Shown here: positions 11,902-21,747 of the stretch, one piece after another
Numbering within the stretch: position 1 is the first letter of the stretch
Layout: each line of letters opens with the position of its first letter
Source: Octopus sinensis
Taxonomy: Eukaryota
Length of the DNA stretch: 64,000 bases
Direction: 5' to 3'
Assembly: GCF_006345805.1 (NCBI RefSeq)
Contig: NC_043001.1
Location: 131,006,001 to 131,070,000 of the forward strand
Notes under the pieces: model-generated
Databases searched by the model: none
What the model was told of the DNA's origin: nothing
The model's input: the letters and a program-made list of their open reading frames with translations, nothing else
Program-made: the position numbers and the translations under genes

Positions 11902-12069
11902 ATTGTACTTTAACATGTATAAGGAAACCCCTAATTTTGGGGGCTTAAAATTTGGGAAAAAGGATTTGTAAGGGATTATGAGACTTACATCATGTGTAAG
12001 AAACTCGCATATTTTTTTTAACCCGACTTTTGACAAAAAAGGATTCCTTATACACATTAAAATACAGTG
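11902..12069. mobile_element. Tc1/pogo-like MITE
   Basis: attgtactttaacatgtataagga versus the inverse of tccttatacacattaaaatacagt: about 19/24 TIR match. Confidence 0.55.
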
Positions 12070-12074
12070 TACAT

Positions 12075-12280
12075 ATAGGGGGCACTGGGAAGATCCTTAC
12101 TTTTGGTAAAATAAAATACAGGAGGATCAGTTAATTATGATTTTATTCCACATATTCCACTCTCAGATTCACACACTTATTGCAGCAGTCCTTCAACCAT
12201 TCTAAGCCCAGTAAAAGAATTCCAATCAGGCCTTTTGTGATACCCTTAAAGCCAGGAACTGTTCAACAACCCCTTGTATG
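12075..12280 (-). mobile_element. Second copy of the mariner-derived MITE
   Basis: About 180-bp direct repeat of 11669-11856. Confidence 0.75.
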
Positions 12281-12759
12281 TATGTAGTGAGGGATCCCTA
12301 TCTGTAGTCACAACATCATTCTAGGAGAAAGATACTCTGACATGAAACCTGCAGTTTCATCTGATTACTTGCCATCTCCCTTTGGCCTGTCATTAGGTAT
12401 TTACCATGGAGAGTCGAAGGGTAGAACTTGTGTTGTGTAAGTATTTGTTAATATAATCCTGTGATGTATATCTGATTGTTTACGGTGACCGCATTTGCCG
12501 TTATGTCTACTGAAAGTTCTATGGTGATGGAAGGGTGGGGACATATGGAGACCTAACCTGCTAGAAGCACCCAGTAAGTTACAACGTCGTCAGTTATCTA
12601 TCTACACTTCAAATGGGACCGAAGAGTCATCTGGAAGGTCATGGGCAGAAAGCCAGAAATGTCATTGACCATGGAAAGCAGAAAGAGATGGCAAGTCAGC
12701 CGTGATAATGGTGCAATCATCAGGTATATGAGTATGCATGCATGTTTGAATGTTTGATT

Positions 12760-12905
12760 ATCATCACTATCATTTAACATGTGTTTTCCATGCTGGGATG
12801 GGCTGGATGGTTTGACAGGGGTTGGCAAGGCAAAAGGCTGCACCAGACTTCACTGTCTGATTTGGTAGGGTTTTTACAACTGGATGCCCTTCCACCTTAC
12901 AGAGT
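12760..12905 (-). mobile_element. SINE-E fragment, diverged
   Basis: tttccatgctgggatgggctggatgg...ctggatgcccttcc. Confidence 0.6.
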
Positions 12906-12963
12906 GGAGTGAGTGCTTTTTTTTAGATGGCATTATATGTTTGCAGCTCTCTCTATATATACA

Positions 12964-13508
12964 CTAGCAGCATAGCCCGGCGTTGCCCGGGTATGTAAGA
13001 GCCCCCTAGTAGGCAACGACTAATCCCAATCTAGTCCTTTCCCTCTAGGGAACGAAGGCACATCTGTAGGTTGCAATGTCTTCTCTTCACTCGAATACTT
13101 CTGTGTATACGATGTTCCTAGCTGTCCCTTTGGGCGAAAACATGAAAACATCATTGCGCCTCCCAACGGCGGAGTCTGCTGTCCTATCAATAGATTTGTA
13201 GACCTGGACATCACCAGGAATAGCTTCAAGTAGCTGGATATTGATGGAGTTGAGAGTTAAAAAGGTCGAGTTGCGTCCCCTAGACAGTCTGTGGTTTGTG
13301 TTTCTGATTCTCGACCCCATGTCGAATTTATCAATTTTTTTCAGAACTGGGGGAACTTTTCAAACTTTTCGCTGCGTTAGTTTTGAATTATGACATTGGG
13401 CTATGTGTGTGTCAAGTTTCATCAGAATCGGTTGAAAGTCGTGGTCAGGGTGAGGGTACAACCTGACAGACACACAGACAGACAAACTGCCGTTTATATA
13501 TAGAGAGA
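12964..13508 (-). mobile_element. Non-autonomous Helitron with helicase remnants
   Basis: Minus strand begins A|TC, ends with hairpin CCCGG-gcaacg-CCGGG then CTAG|T; ORF 13087-13320 contains INIQLLEAIPGDVQVYKSID and FSPKGTARNIVYTEVFE*, matching Helitron Pif1-type helicase segments. Confidence 0.85.
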
Positions 13509-13578
13509 TATAGGTTGGTATGACTGAAAGTGTTTACAGTGAAAGGATTTCTCCTCTGTTTCAACCAATATCCATCAT

Positions 13579-13969
13579 CTTTTACTTGTTTCAGTCATTT
13601 CACTGCGGCCATGCTGGGGCTCTACCTTGAAGAGTTTCAGTCAAACAAATCAACCCCAGAACGTCTTTTTTGAGCCTAGTACTTTTTCTGTTGGTCTCTT
13701 TTGCCAAAATGCTAAGTTATAGGGATGTAAATACACCAACACTGGTTGTCAAGCAGGGGGGGGGCGACAAACACAGACACAAAGATACACACACATACAC
13801 ATATACAATGGGTTTCTTTCACTTTCCGTCTACCAAATCCACTCACAAGGCTTTTGTCAGCCTGACGCAATGCCAAAATACTCTTGCTTAAGATGTCATG
13901 CAGTGGGACTGAACCCGGAACCATGTGGTTGGGAAACAAGCTTCTTACCGCACAGTCACACCCATGCCT
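13579..13969 (-). mobile_element. SINE-A, full length
   Basis: Reverse-complement match to SINE-A throughout. Confidence 0.85.
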
Positions 13970-14439
13970 GGTTTAAGATTTTGATGGATGAAGGGGAAAC
14001 GGGAATTGTAACATACAATATGTCCTCAGAACTATTGTCTTAAGAGAGATAAACTAGCTACAGTTTGAAAGTAAACTGGAATGAAGGACTCATCTGGACA
14101 GAAGCATACCTTCTTCTCCTCAACAGCACTCATCCAAGCAGAAACTGTTCAAAACCCACAGGCTTCATCGTACACAACTATTTAGAACCGTAAAAGAACT
14201 ATAAAACAACAAGGAATAGTGTGTTAACATGATACAAGCAATAAAATTACTTTATACCATTATAATAAGACCCATTAAACGATGGAGTAAAGTGGCATGT
14301 AGTTTAGATGCCGGAGTAGATGAAAATGTGGAAACATGAGAGCTATACAAGAATTAGCTGAGGATATATATCATAGCCATACACTAATGAACAAAGCAAA
14401 CAAACACTATTCAAACAAAAAGTAAATAAATATACATAC

Positions 14440-14767
14440 GTACTTATGTATATAAATATATATATATATATATATACACACATGCATACACACATTCATA
14501 TATATATATATATACATACAAACATGTACACATGCATAAATATATATATATATGTGTGTGTGTGTATGTATATATAAGTGTGTGTGTGTGTGTGTTTAAA
14601 TGTACATATATGTATATATATGCATATATATGTGTCTGTGTATATATATATATATATGTATACATGTATATATATACATATATATATATGTGTGTGTGTG
14701 TATATATAATTATGTATGTACATATATGTGTATATATATATATGTATGCATATATATATATGTGTGA

Positions 14768-14809
<42 letters not shown>

Positions 14810-15011
14810 AGATACATACAGTTATAATTGTACAAATATATGAACTTATACATGTATGTATGTATATATTCTTATATAGATATGCACTTTCATATATATA
14901 TATGTATATTTAAAATGTATACAAATATGTGTGTGCATGTACATATATATGTGTGTGTGTGTGTGTGTGTATTTGAATATATGTATACATATATATAAAT
15001 ATATGTATGTA

Positions 15012-15047
<36 letters not shown>

Positions 15048-15125
15048 CACACATAAGCACACAGACACATGTATACACATACATACACGCACATACACAA
15101 ACACGCACACGCACACACATATATG
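14440..15125. repeat. Compound (TA)/(TG)/(CA) microsatellite field
   Basis: Continuous interrupted dinucleotide runs. Confidence 0.9.
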
Positions 15126-15537
15126 AAGAGGAATCTATGGCAGAGAACAACAAACACCTCTTAAAGGCACTTGTTCCAATAAAGACCAATAATTATACGT
15201 CATTTCTTTCAATCAAATTTGGAGATCAATAATCTACTAATCAACAACTGCTGGTGTTTAAGTAGTCCGGAATTACTAAAATGACTTGTTTTCTTTTCTT
15301 TTCTCTCCCCCTTCCCCCTTCTTTCTCTCCCTCCCTCCCTCCTCCCTCCTCTCTCTTTCTCTCTTTCAGGTTCTAAATTAATTGTTGTAGCTTGTTTGTT
15401 TATTAAACTAAAAGCTAGTAGATTAACATTCAGGATATTTGCTTTTCAAAGCATTAATTGGTGCCAATACTTCTATCGTTCGCTGAGAAACACTGTACTA
15501 AGATTTTTTCTGACTCTTTTTCTCTACCTCCCCAACT

Positions 15538-15540
<3 letters not shown>

Positions 15541-15618
<78 letters not shown>

Positions 15619-15629
15619 CTCTCTCTCTC
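15541..15629. repeat. (CT)n microsatellite
   Basis: About 44 nearly perfect units. Confidence 0.95.
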
Positions 15630-15972
15630 ATTCTCTGTAAAAGTGTAAGTAACCTGTAGATATTCTTTTATTCTTTTACTAGTTTCCATCATTGGAATGT
15701 GGTCATGCTGGGGCACTCTTTTGAAAATTTCTTAGTCTTTTTTTGATTTTCTTCTTTAGTTAATCACCAAGTTCCTAAACAAAACAATGGTTGGCTCTGG
15801 TGGGCAATAACAGAAGACAATTACCCAAGGTGCCCCTTAATGGGACTGAACCCCAAACCACGAAGTAGTGAAGAAAACATCTTAACCACATAGCTATGTC
15901 TGCACCAGAATAGTAACAAAATAAAAGCATATGTACAGGTTGCTTACACTTTTACAGAGAATGTGAGATATC

Positions 15973-16169
15973 CCTCTCTCTCTTTTGGAGAGGCACTGAG
16001 CAGCTATACGCACACATACAGACATGGCGGTAACTTCCACCTACCAAATTCAATCACAAAGCTCCGGTCGGCTCGAGGCTATAGTGGAAGACACCTACCC
16101 AAAGTGCCACGCAGTGGAACTGAACCCGAAACCATGTAGCTAGGAAGCAAGCTCCCTAACCACACAGCC

Positions 16170-16170
<1 letters not shown>
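15973..16170 (-). mobile_element. SINE-A-headed variant (A') with an alternative 3' arm
   Basis: SINE-A head joined to ...tatagctgctcagtgcctctcc(g/a)aaagagagag; second copy at 23557-23768. Confidence 0.7.
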
Positions 16171-16227
<57 letters not shown>

Positions 16228-16529
16228 CTTTACTTATTATGAAGTCTAAAACTTCCTCTGTCATTCTCTTCTGGCTGAATTGATAAGTAATGGAGATGAG
16301 ATACAAACTGACACACAGATAGATAATTAAATAAATAAATAAATAAATATAAAAGCACTTAAACAACATCAGTATCATTTCAACATACTGTTTTCCATGT
16401 TTGTATGAGTGAGGCAATATTTGTTGAGACAGGCTCCCTATGACTGGATGCCCTTTCTGTCACTCATACACTCACATGCATTTACATATATATATAAGGA
16501 TTGAGATATCTGGTGCCTTACTGTGCTCA

Positions 16530-16806
16530 AGAAGACCCATTTGCAACAGCAGAACTGATACCGGCACTGGTGCCATGTAAAAAGCACTTGTACTGGTGCC
16601 ATGTTAACAGCACTGGTGCTGGTGTCACATATAATGTAACCAGTACACCCTGCAAGGTAGTTGGCATTCGGTAGTGTATCCAACCATAGAAACCATGCCA
16701 GAACAGACAGTGAAGCCTAGTGCAGCATCCACTGGCCTTACCAGCTCCTGTCAAATCGTCCAACCCATGCCAGCATGTAAAATGGACGTTAAAGGATGAT
16801 GATGAC
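16530..16806 (+). mobile_element. SINE-E / RTE-like 3' end, diverged
   Basis: Repeated gcactggtgccatgt units, then ccaacccatgccagcatg...ggacgttaaaggatgatgatga. Confidence 0.7.
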
Positions 16807-17373
16807 ATATATATGGCGGTGCCTCAGCATGGCCACAGCTTGTGAGCTGAAACTAGATAAAATGAAAATAAAATAAATATGTAAGTGAACTTGGTAGACC
16901 GTGTCTGTCTACCAAGTTCCTTAACGAAGCAATGGTTGGCCCTGGTGGGCAATAACAGAATATGATTACCCAAGGTGCCCCACAATGAGACTGAACCCCA
17001 AACCATGAAGTAGTGAAGAAAACATTTTAACCACGCAGCTATGTCTGCACCAGAGTTTTTGCATGAAACATTTCTACTGTATCAGCAGTGTATGCTTGTG
17101 TGTGTGTGTGTTTTCCAAACATGCACATATATTAAAACTGAAGAACATTCCTATGGCACAATTTGGCTGTATCAAATGAAAACACTGGAATTTTTGGGAA
17201 AGGCTTAAAGATATTCTTTTGAGTCATCAAGTTCATAGTTCTTCCTCTTGATATTTAGCTCAATTCACAGCTATGAGAATTTTCTAATATAAACAGTAAG
17301 ACCTAACTGCTTCTTGTGGAATTAGTTATTCCTACATATACAAACACAAACTACTTTACACAAGATAAATATA

Positions 17374-17442
17374 TCATATGGCATAGTAGTTAAGAGTGTG
17401 GGCTACTAACCCCAAGATTCCGAGTTCGATTCCAGGCAGTGA

Positions 17443-17473
<31 letters not shown>

Positions 17474-17637
17474 GATGATGATAATAATAACATCCAAAAA
17501 TACCTTAGGAATAAGAACCCAAGTTCGAAATTTCCCCCAAGACACCTGATGATGGATGGAGAGTATATCAGCTGAAACATTGTGTTAACAACAAACAAGA
17601 TGAGGACAAATATCTGTTAAATGTAAATAATGTAAAT
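17374..17637 (+). mobile_element. tRNA-headed element with (AAT)n linker and a Penelope-like 3' arm containing a decayed minimal hammerhead
   Basis: A-box-like tggcatagtag, B-box-like gagttcgattcc, (AAT)n, then gacac-CTGATGA-t-ggatg...cagct-GAAA-catt-gtgtt (17541-17586); ends in (AATGTAAAT)2. Confidence 0.6.
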
Positions 17638-18285
17638 CTCTAATTTTTTTCTATTTCATTTCACTCTAGGAGTCAGCTTTGGCTTCATACTTTTATTTTT
17701 AATAAATCATTTATTATGATTGTAGGTGTTATAGCTGAAGTTGCTAAAAAAAAATGTCTTGTTATCAATAGTCTACATCATTGGAGACAGTTTTCTGCAA
17801 CAATATTACACTACAAAAACGTACACAAGCTTCGGCTTATTGGGACCCAGAATGATGATGCTTCAATTATGAGAGCATGAGTATTTTTACACTCAGATAT
17901 GCCTCTGCAATGCCTGACACCAAGTCCCATTCTTTGAAAAGAAGCTTTCTGCACTCCAGTATTGATAAACACAACATCTCAGCAAACAGAATACAAGTTT
18001 TCAAAAGCCAAGAGCACAGATGCTTTTGGCCATTTTCATTTTTAACAGTTCAGTGAACTCCTGATTGATTTGCTAAAATCCTTCTTTCAGCTGATATGAC
18101 TTACAAAGCTACTGTTCCTAAATGGATGACTTAAGCACAAGGCCAGCAAATCTGAGAGGAGTCCAGTACTTGAGTGGTACTTTATTTTATTGGCCCCAGA
18201 GAGGTACAAAAGGTAAAGTTGACCGTGGCAAAATTTGAACATAGAAGATAAAAAGCTGGAACAAATACTGCAAAGCATTAATTTT

Positions 18286-18495
18286 GTGGAGACACATTGC
18301 TTAGTGGTTAGGGTGATGGCCTCATGATGGTCAGATTGTGGTTTTGATTCCTCAACTAGGCAATGTTCTTGAGCATTTTACATTGCCCCCATCCACTCAA
18401 CTGGTAAAAATGAGTAGTCCTGTGACAGACCAGCATCCCATATAGGGAGGAAGATATATATGCCAGGGAAACAGGGAAGCTGACCGTCTGCTCCT
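18286..18495 (+). mobile_element. SINE-C group: head + body X + tail 2, diverged
   Basis: gcttagtggttagg...ggtaaaaatgagtagtcctgtgacagaccagcatccca; paralog at 34537-34782. Confidence 0.6.
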
Positions 18496-18738
18496 TACAG
18501 AGTAATGTGGATTAACCATTTATTCTGATGCTTTATCAATTCTTACACCTGTAGTAAACATTTCTAACATAGATACAAGGTCAGAAATTTCAGGTAAAGA
18601 ACACAGTTGATTATATAAACCTCAGCACTTGTCTGGTACTTCATTTATTAATCCTGGAAATATAAGAGAAAACTGACCTTGCCAGTATTTGACCACCACA
18701 AATGTACATATCAATAAAGAAAAGATATATCCAAATAT

Positions 18739-19123
18739 ACTCTTTACTCTTTACTCTCTTTTTACTTGTTTCAGTCATCTGACTGCAGCCATGCTGGAGC
18801 ACCACCTTTAGCCGAGCAAATCGACCCCGGGACTTATTCTTTGTAAGCCTAGTACTTATTCTATCGGTCTCTTTTGCCGAACCGCTAAGTTACGGGGACA
18901 TAAACACACCAGCATCAGTTGTCAAGCAATGCTAGGGGGACAAACACAGACACACAAACACACATACATATATATATATATATACATATATATGACAGGC
19001 TTCTTTCAGTTTCTGTCTACCAAATCCACTCACAAGGCATTGGTCGGCCCGGGGCTATAGCAGAAGACACTTGCCCAAGATGCCACGCAGTGGGACTGAA
19101 CCCAGAACCATGTGGTTGGTAAG
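18739..19123 (-). mobile_element. SINE-A, young copy lacking about 30 nt of the 5' end
   Basis: High identity to the other full copies; (TTTACTC)n tail. Confidence 0.9.
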
Positions 19124-19477
19124 AGAAACAAATATTTATCATATGCAGAACATCAGGTCAATTACATTCACTTAGTGAGCCACATCTTTTTATTTAAAGA
19201 AGCTTTTTTTTTTAAATTCTATAAATTTTATAAATTCTATAACAGTGTGAATTTCAATACAAATCATGCTTGCACCCTGACTTAAATTTATTATGTACAA
19301 CTGATGCATAAGGAGCAAAGGGCTTTCTTCCATAGCTCTGTGAGTGAAATTTGACAGAAACTAAACAGAAGCCCATCTTATATATATAAGTCTATTTGAA
19401 CTCAGAGAGTAAAGAGCTGGAAGAAATGCCACTAAACATTTTGTCCAGTATGTTAATGATTCTGCCAGCTCAAAGCC

Positions 19478-19545
<68 letters not shown>

Positions 19546-19548
<3 letters not shown>

Positions 19549-19873
19549 GAAATGGAGAAACTTTCAAAATACAAAGACCTGGAAATAGAGGTAACCAGAA
19601 TGTGGAATCTAAAAACAGAAACAATTCCTATCATAGTAGGTGCATTAGGCATGATAAAAAAATATTCAGACAAATACATAACAAAAACACCAGGACTTAC
19701 AAACACATATAACATACATAAAATTGCACTACTAGGCACTGCACACATCCTACGCAGAACACTTTCCATACAATAACCATCAGAGCATCACAACAAATCA
19801 CAGCACATACCCAAGGCACACAGAGCTGCGCTCGGTAGTAAAGTGAAAGCACGCTATAAAAATAGAACTACTG
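19546..19873 (+). mobile_element. 5'-truncated R4/Dong-clade (restriction-like endonuclease) non-LTR retrotransposon inside (AAT)n
   Basis: Open frame KEMEKLSKYKDLEIEVTRMWNLKTETIPIIVGALG...LLGTAHILRRTLSIQ* (stop 19774-19776) matches the RLE C-terminus of R4/Dong elements; about 100-nt 3' UTR; (AAT)n on both flanks. Confidence 0.85.
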
Positions 19874-19892
19874 AATAATAATAATAATAATA

Positions 19893-20030
19893 AACCTTTC
19901 TACTAAAGGCACAAGGTTTGAAATTTGTGGGGAGGGGTCTAGTTGTTTACATCAACTCCAGTGTTTCACTGGTACTTCCTTTATAAACCACAAAAGGATG
20001 AAAGCCAAAGTTGATCTTGGCACTGACTGT
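19893..20030 (-). mobile_element. SINE-B fragment
   Basis: cctttctact..ggcacaagg..tgaaattt...ggatgaaagccaaagttgatcttgg. Confidence 0.7.
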
Positions 20031-20054
20031 TTCTCTTCACAAAGGTAAATAGAC

Positions 20055-20305
20055 AATAAGATGAGCATGATGTGATTGTTTATTTAACAGTTTCAATGAT
20101 CGACAGATCGTCTGTCTTCTTTGGGTTTAACCAAAGTAACACAAAAATTCAAAATATAAACGAGGATACCCTGCATTCCTATTTTGCAATTCTGTGGTTG
20201 TTTTCATTTTACATTTTGAACTTGAAGAAGACAGACGATCTGTCAAAATATTGTTCAAACCATAAAATAAACAAGCTATTACAAATTGCCTCATGCTCTT
20301 CTAAT
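20055..20305. mobile_element. Fold-back of two inverted hammerhead-bearing (Penelope-like) fragments
   Basis: Perfect 20-bp inverted repeat 20102-20121/20225-20244 within about 70-bp imperfect arms; the right arm has minimal hammerhead architecture (20215-20259). Confidence 0.6.
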
Positions 20306-20349
20306 AATAATAATAATAACGATAATAATAATAAAAACAACAACAACAA

Positions 20350-20485
20350 TAATCCTTTCTACTAGAGACACAGGGCCTGAAATTTTGAGGGAGGGGACTA
20401 GTTGATTACATCAACCCTACTGGTACTTAATTTCACTTAATTTATCGACCCTGAGAGGATGAAAGGCGAAGTCAACCTCAGAATA
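20350..20485 (-). mobile_element. SINE-B fragment
   Basis: Reverse complement of the SINE-B 3' two thirds. Confidence 0.75.
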
Positions 20486-20530
20486 TTATTATTATTATTA
20501 TTATTATTATGATTATTATTATTAATAATA

Positions 20531-20595
<65 letters not shown>

Positions 20596-20811
20596 CATAA
20601 TTCTAACTGTGCCCCACCTGCAAGGTCATGTGCTGTTTATCTTGATATGAGATCACCATGTCGCGCACATATGGTTGTGATGCATGTGCCTGGTGTACCC
20701 TTATCAGACGGGTAGTCATGATGGGTATATTGGGCTTTGTATATTTTACCCCAGTGTCACTTTGATGGCATGAACTGCTCTCTCACTCAATAATAATAAT
20801 AATAATAATAA

Positions 20812-20812
<1 letters not shown>
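20596..20812 (+). mobile_element. Unclassified (AAT)-tailed retroposon 3' end
   Basis: High-identity match to 21225-21425; 5'-truncated and flanked by (AAT)n on both sides. Confidence 0.65.
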
Positions 20813-20842
<30 letters not shown>

Positions 20843-20914
20843 AACAAGAAGAAGAACAAGAAGAAGAAGAAGAAGAACAACAACAACAACAACAACAACA
20901 ATAATCATAATAAT

Positions 20915-21070
20915 AGTTTCAATTTTGATACAAAACCAGTAATTTCAGGGGAGCAGGGTAAGTCGATTACATCAGCCCATTGCACAACTGGTACTTTATT
21001 TTATCAACCTTAAAAGGATGAAAGGCAAAGTCAACCTCAGCAGAATTTGAACTCAGAATGTAAAGATGAG
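20915..21070 (-). mobile_element. SINE-B fragment
   Basis: aagtcgattacatc...ggatgaaaggcaaagtcaacctcagcagaatttgaactcagaatgtaaag. Confidence 0.75.
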
Positions 21071-21425
21071 CAGAAGTAGTGGAGGAGCTTCATAGCCATG
21101 TGTTGAGAGGGATTCTTTAGCGTTTGAATAATTCACCTCTGGAAACATGGGCGTTTCATTCAACATCCTTAAACAAACTTTATTCAGGGACCTTTTGAGT
21201 GGGGATGGGCTACTCGACCTGAAGAAAATTCTAACTGGGCTCCCACCTGCAAGATCACGTGCTGTTTATCTTGATATGAGATCACCATGTTGTCCACATA
21301 TGGTTGTGATGCATGTGCCTGGTGTACTCTTATCTGATGGGTAGTCATGATGGGTATACGGGGCTTCGTATATTTTACCCCAGTATCACTTTGATGGCAT
21401 GCACTGCTCTCTCTTATTCAATAAT
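21070..21425 (+). mobile_element. Unclassified (AAT)-tailed retroposon, longer copy
   Basis: Shares about 190 bp with 20596-20790; short aataataa tail. Confidence 0.65.
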
Positions 21426-21431
21426 AAATTA

Positions 21432-21747
21432 GCTCTGTCTGGCCCCGTGTCGGTGGCACGTAAAAGCACCATCCGTGCGTGTCCGTTGCCAGCATCGCCT
21501 GGCCCCGTGCCGGTGACACGTAAAAGCACCATCCGTTCGTGGCCGTTCGCCAGCTCTGTCTGGCACCTGTGCAGGTGGCACGTAAAAAGCACCCACTACA
21601 CTCGCGGAGTGGTTGGCGTTAGGAAGGGCATCCAGCCGTAGAAACACTGCCAGATCTGACTGGGCCTGACGAAGCCTTCCAGCTTCACAGACCCCAGTTG
21701 ACCCGTCCAACCCATGCTAGCATGGAAAGCGGACACTAAACGATGAT
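21432..21747 (+). mobile_element. SINE-E / RTE-like 3' end with internal minisatellite
   Basis: Three cacgtaaaa(a)gcacc units, then ggttggcgttaggaagggcatccagcc...ccatgctagcatgg...aacgatgat. Confidence 0.8.

Noticed and set aside
12397-12436. Possible 40-nt exon (polypyrimidine-ag ... gtaagt)
   Set aside because: Good-looking splice signals but no recognisable peptide or partner exons; such signals occur by chance. Needs RNA-seq.
17726-17880. Open frame VIAEVAKKKCLVINSLHHWRQF...IMRA* after an ag
   Set aside because: About 50 codons, no recognisable similarity, weak acceptor.
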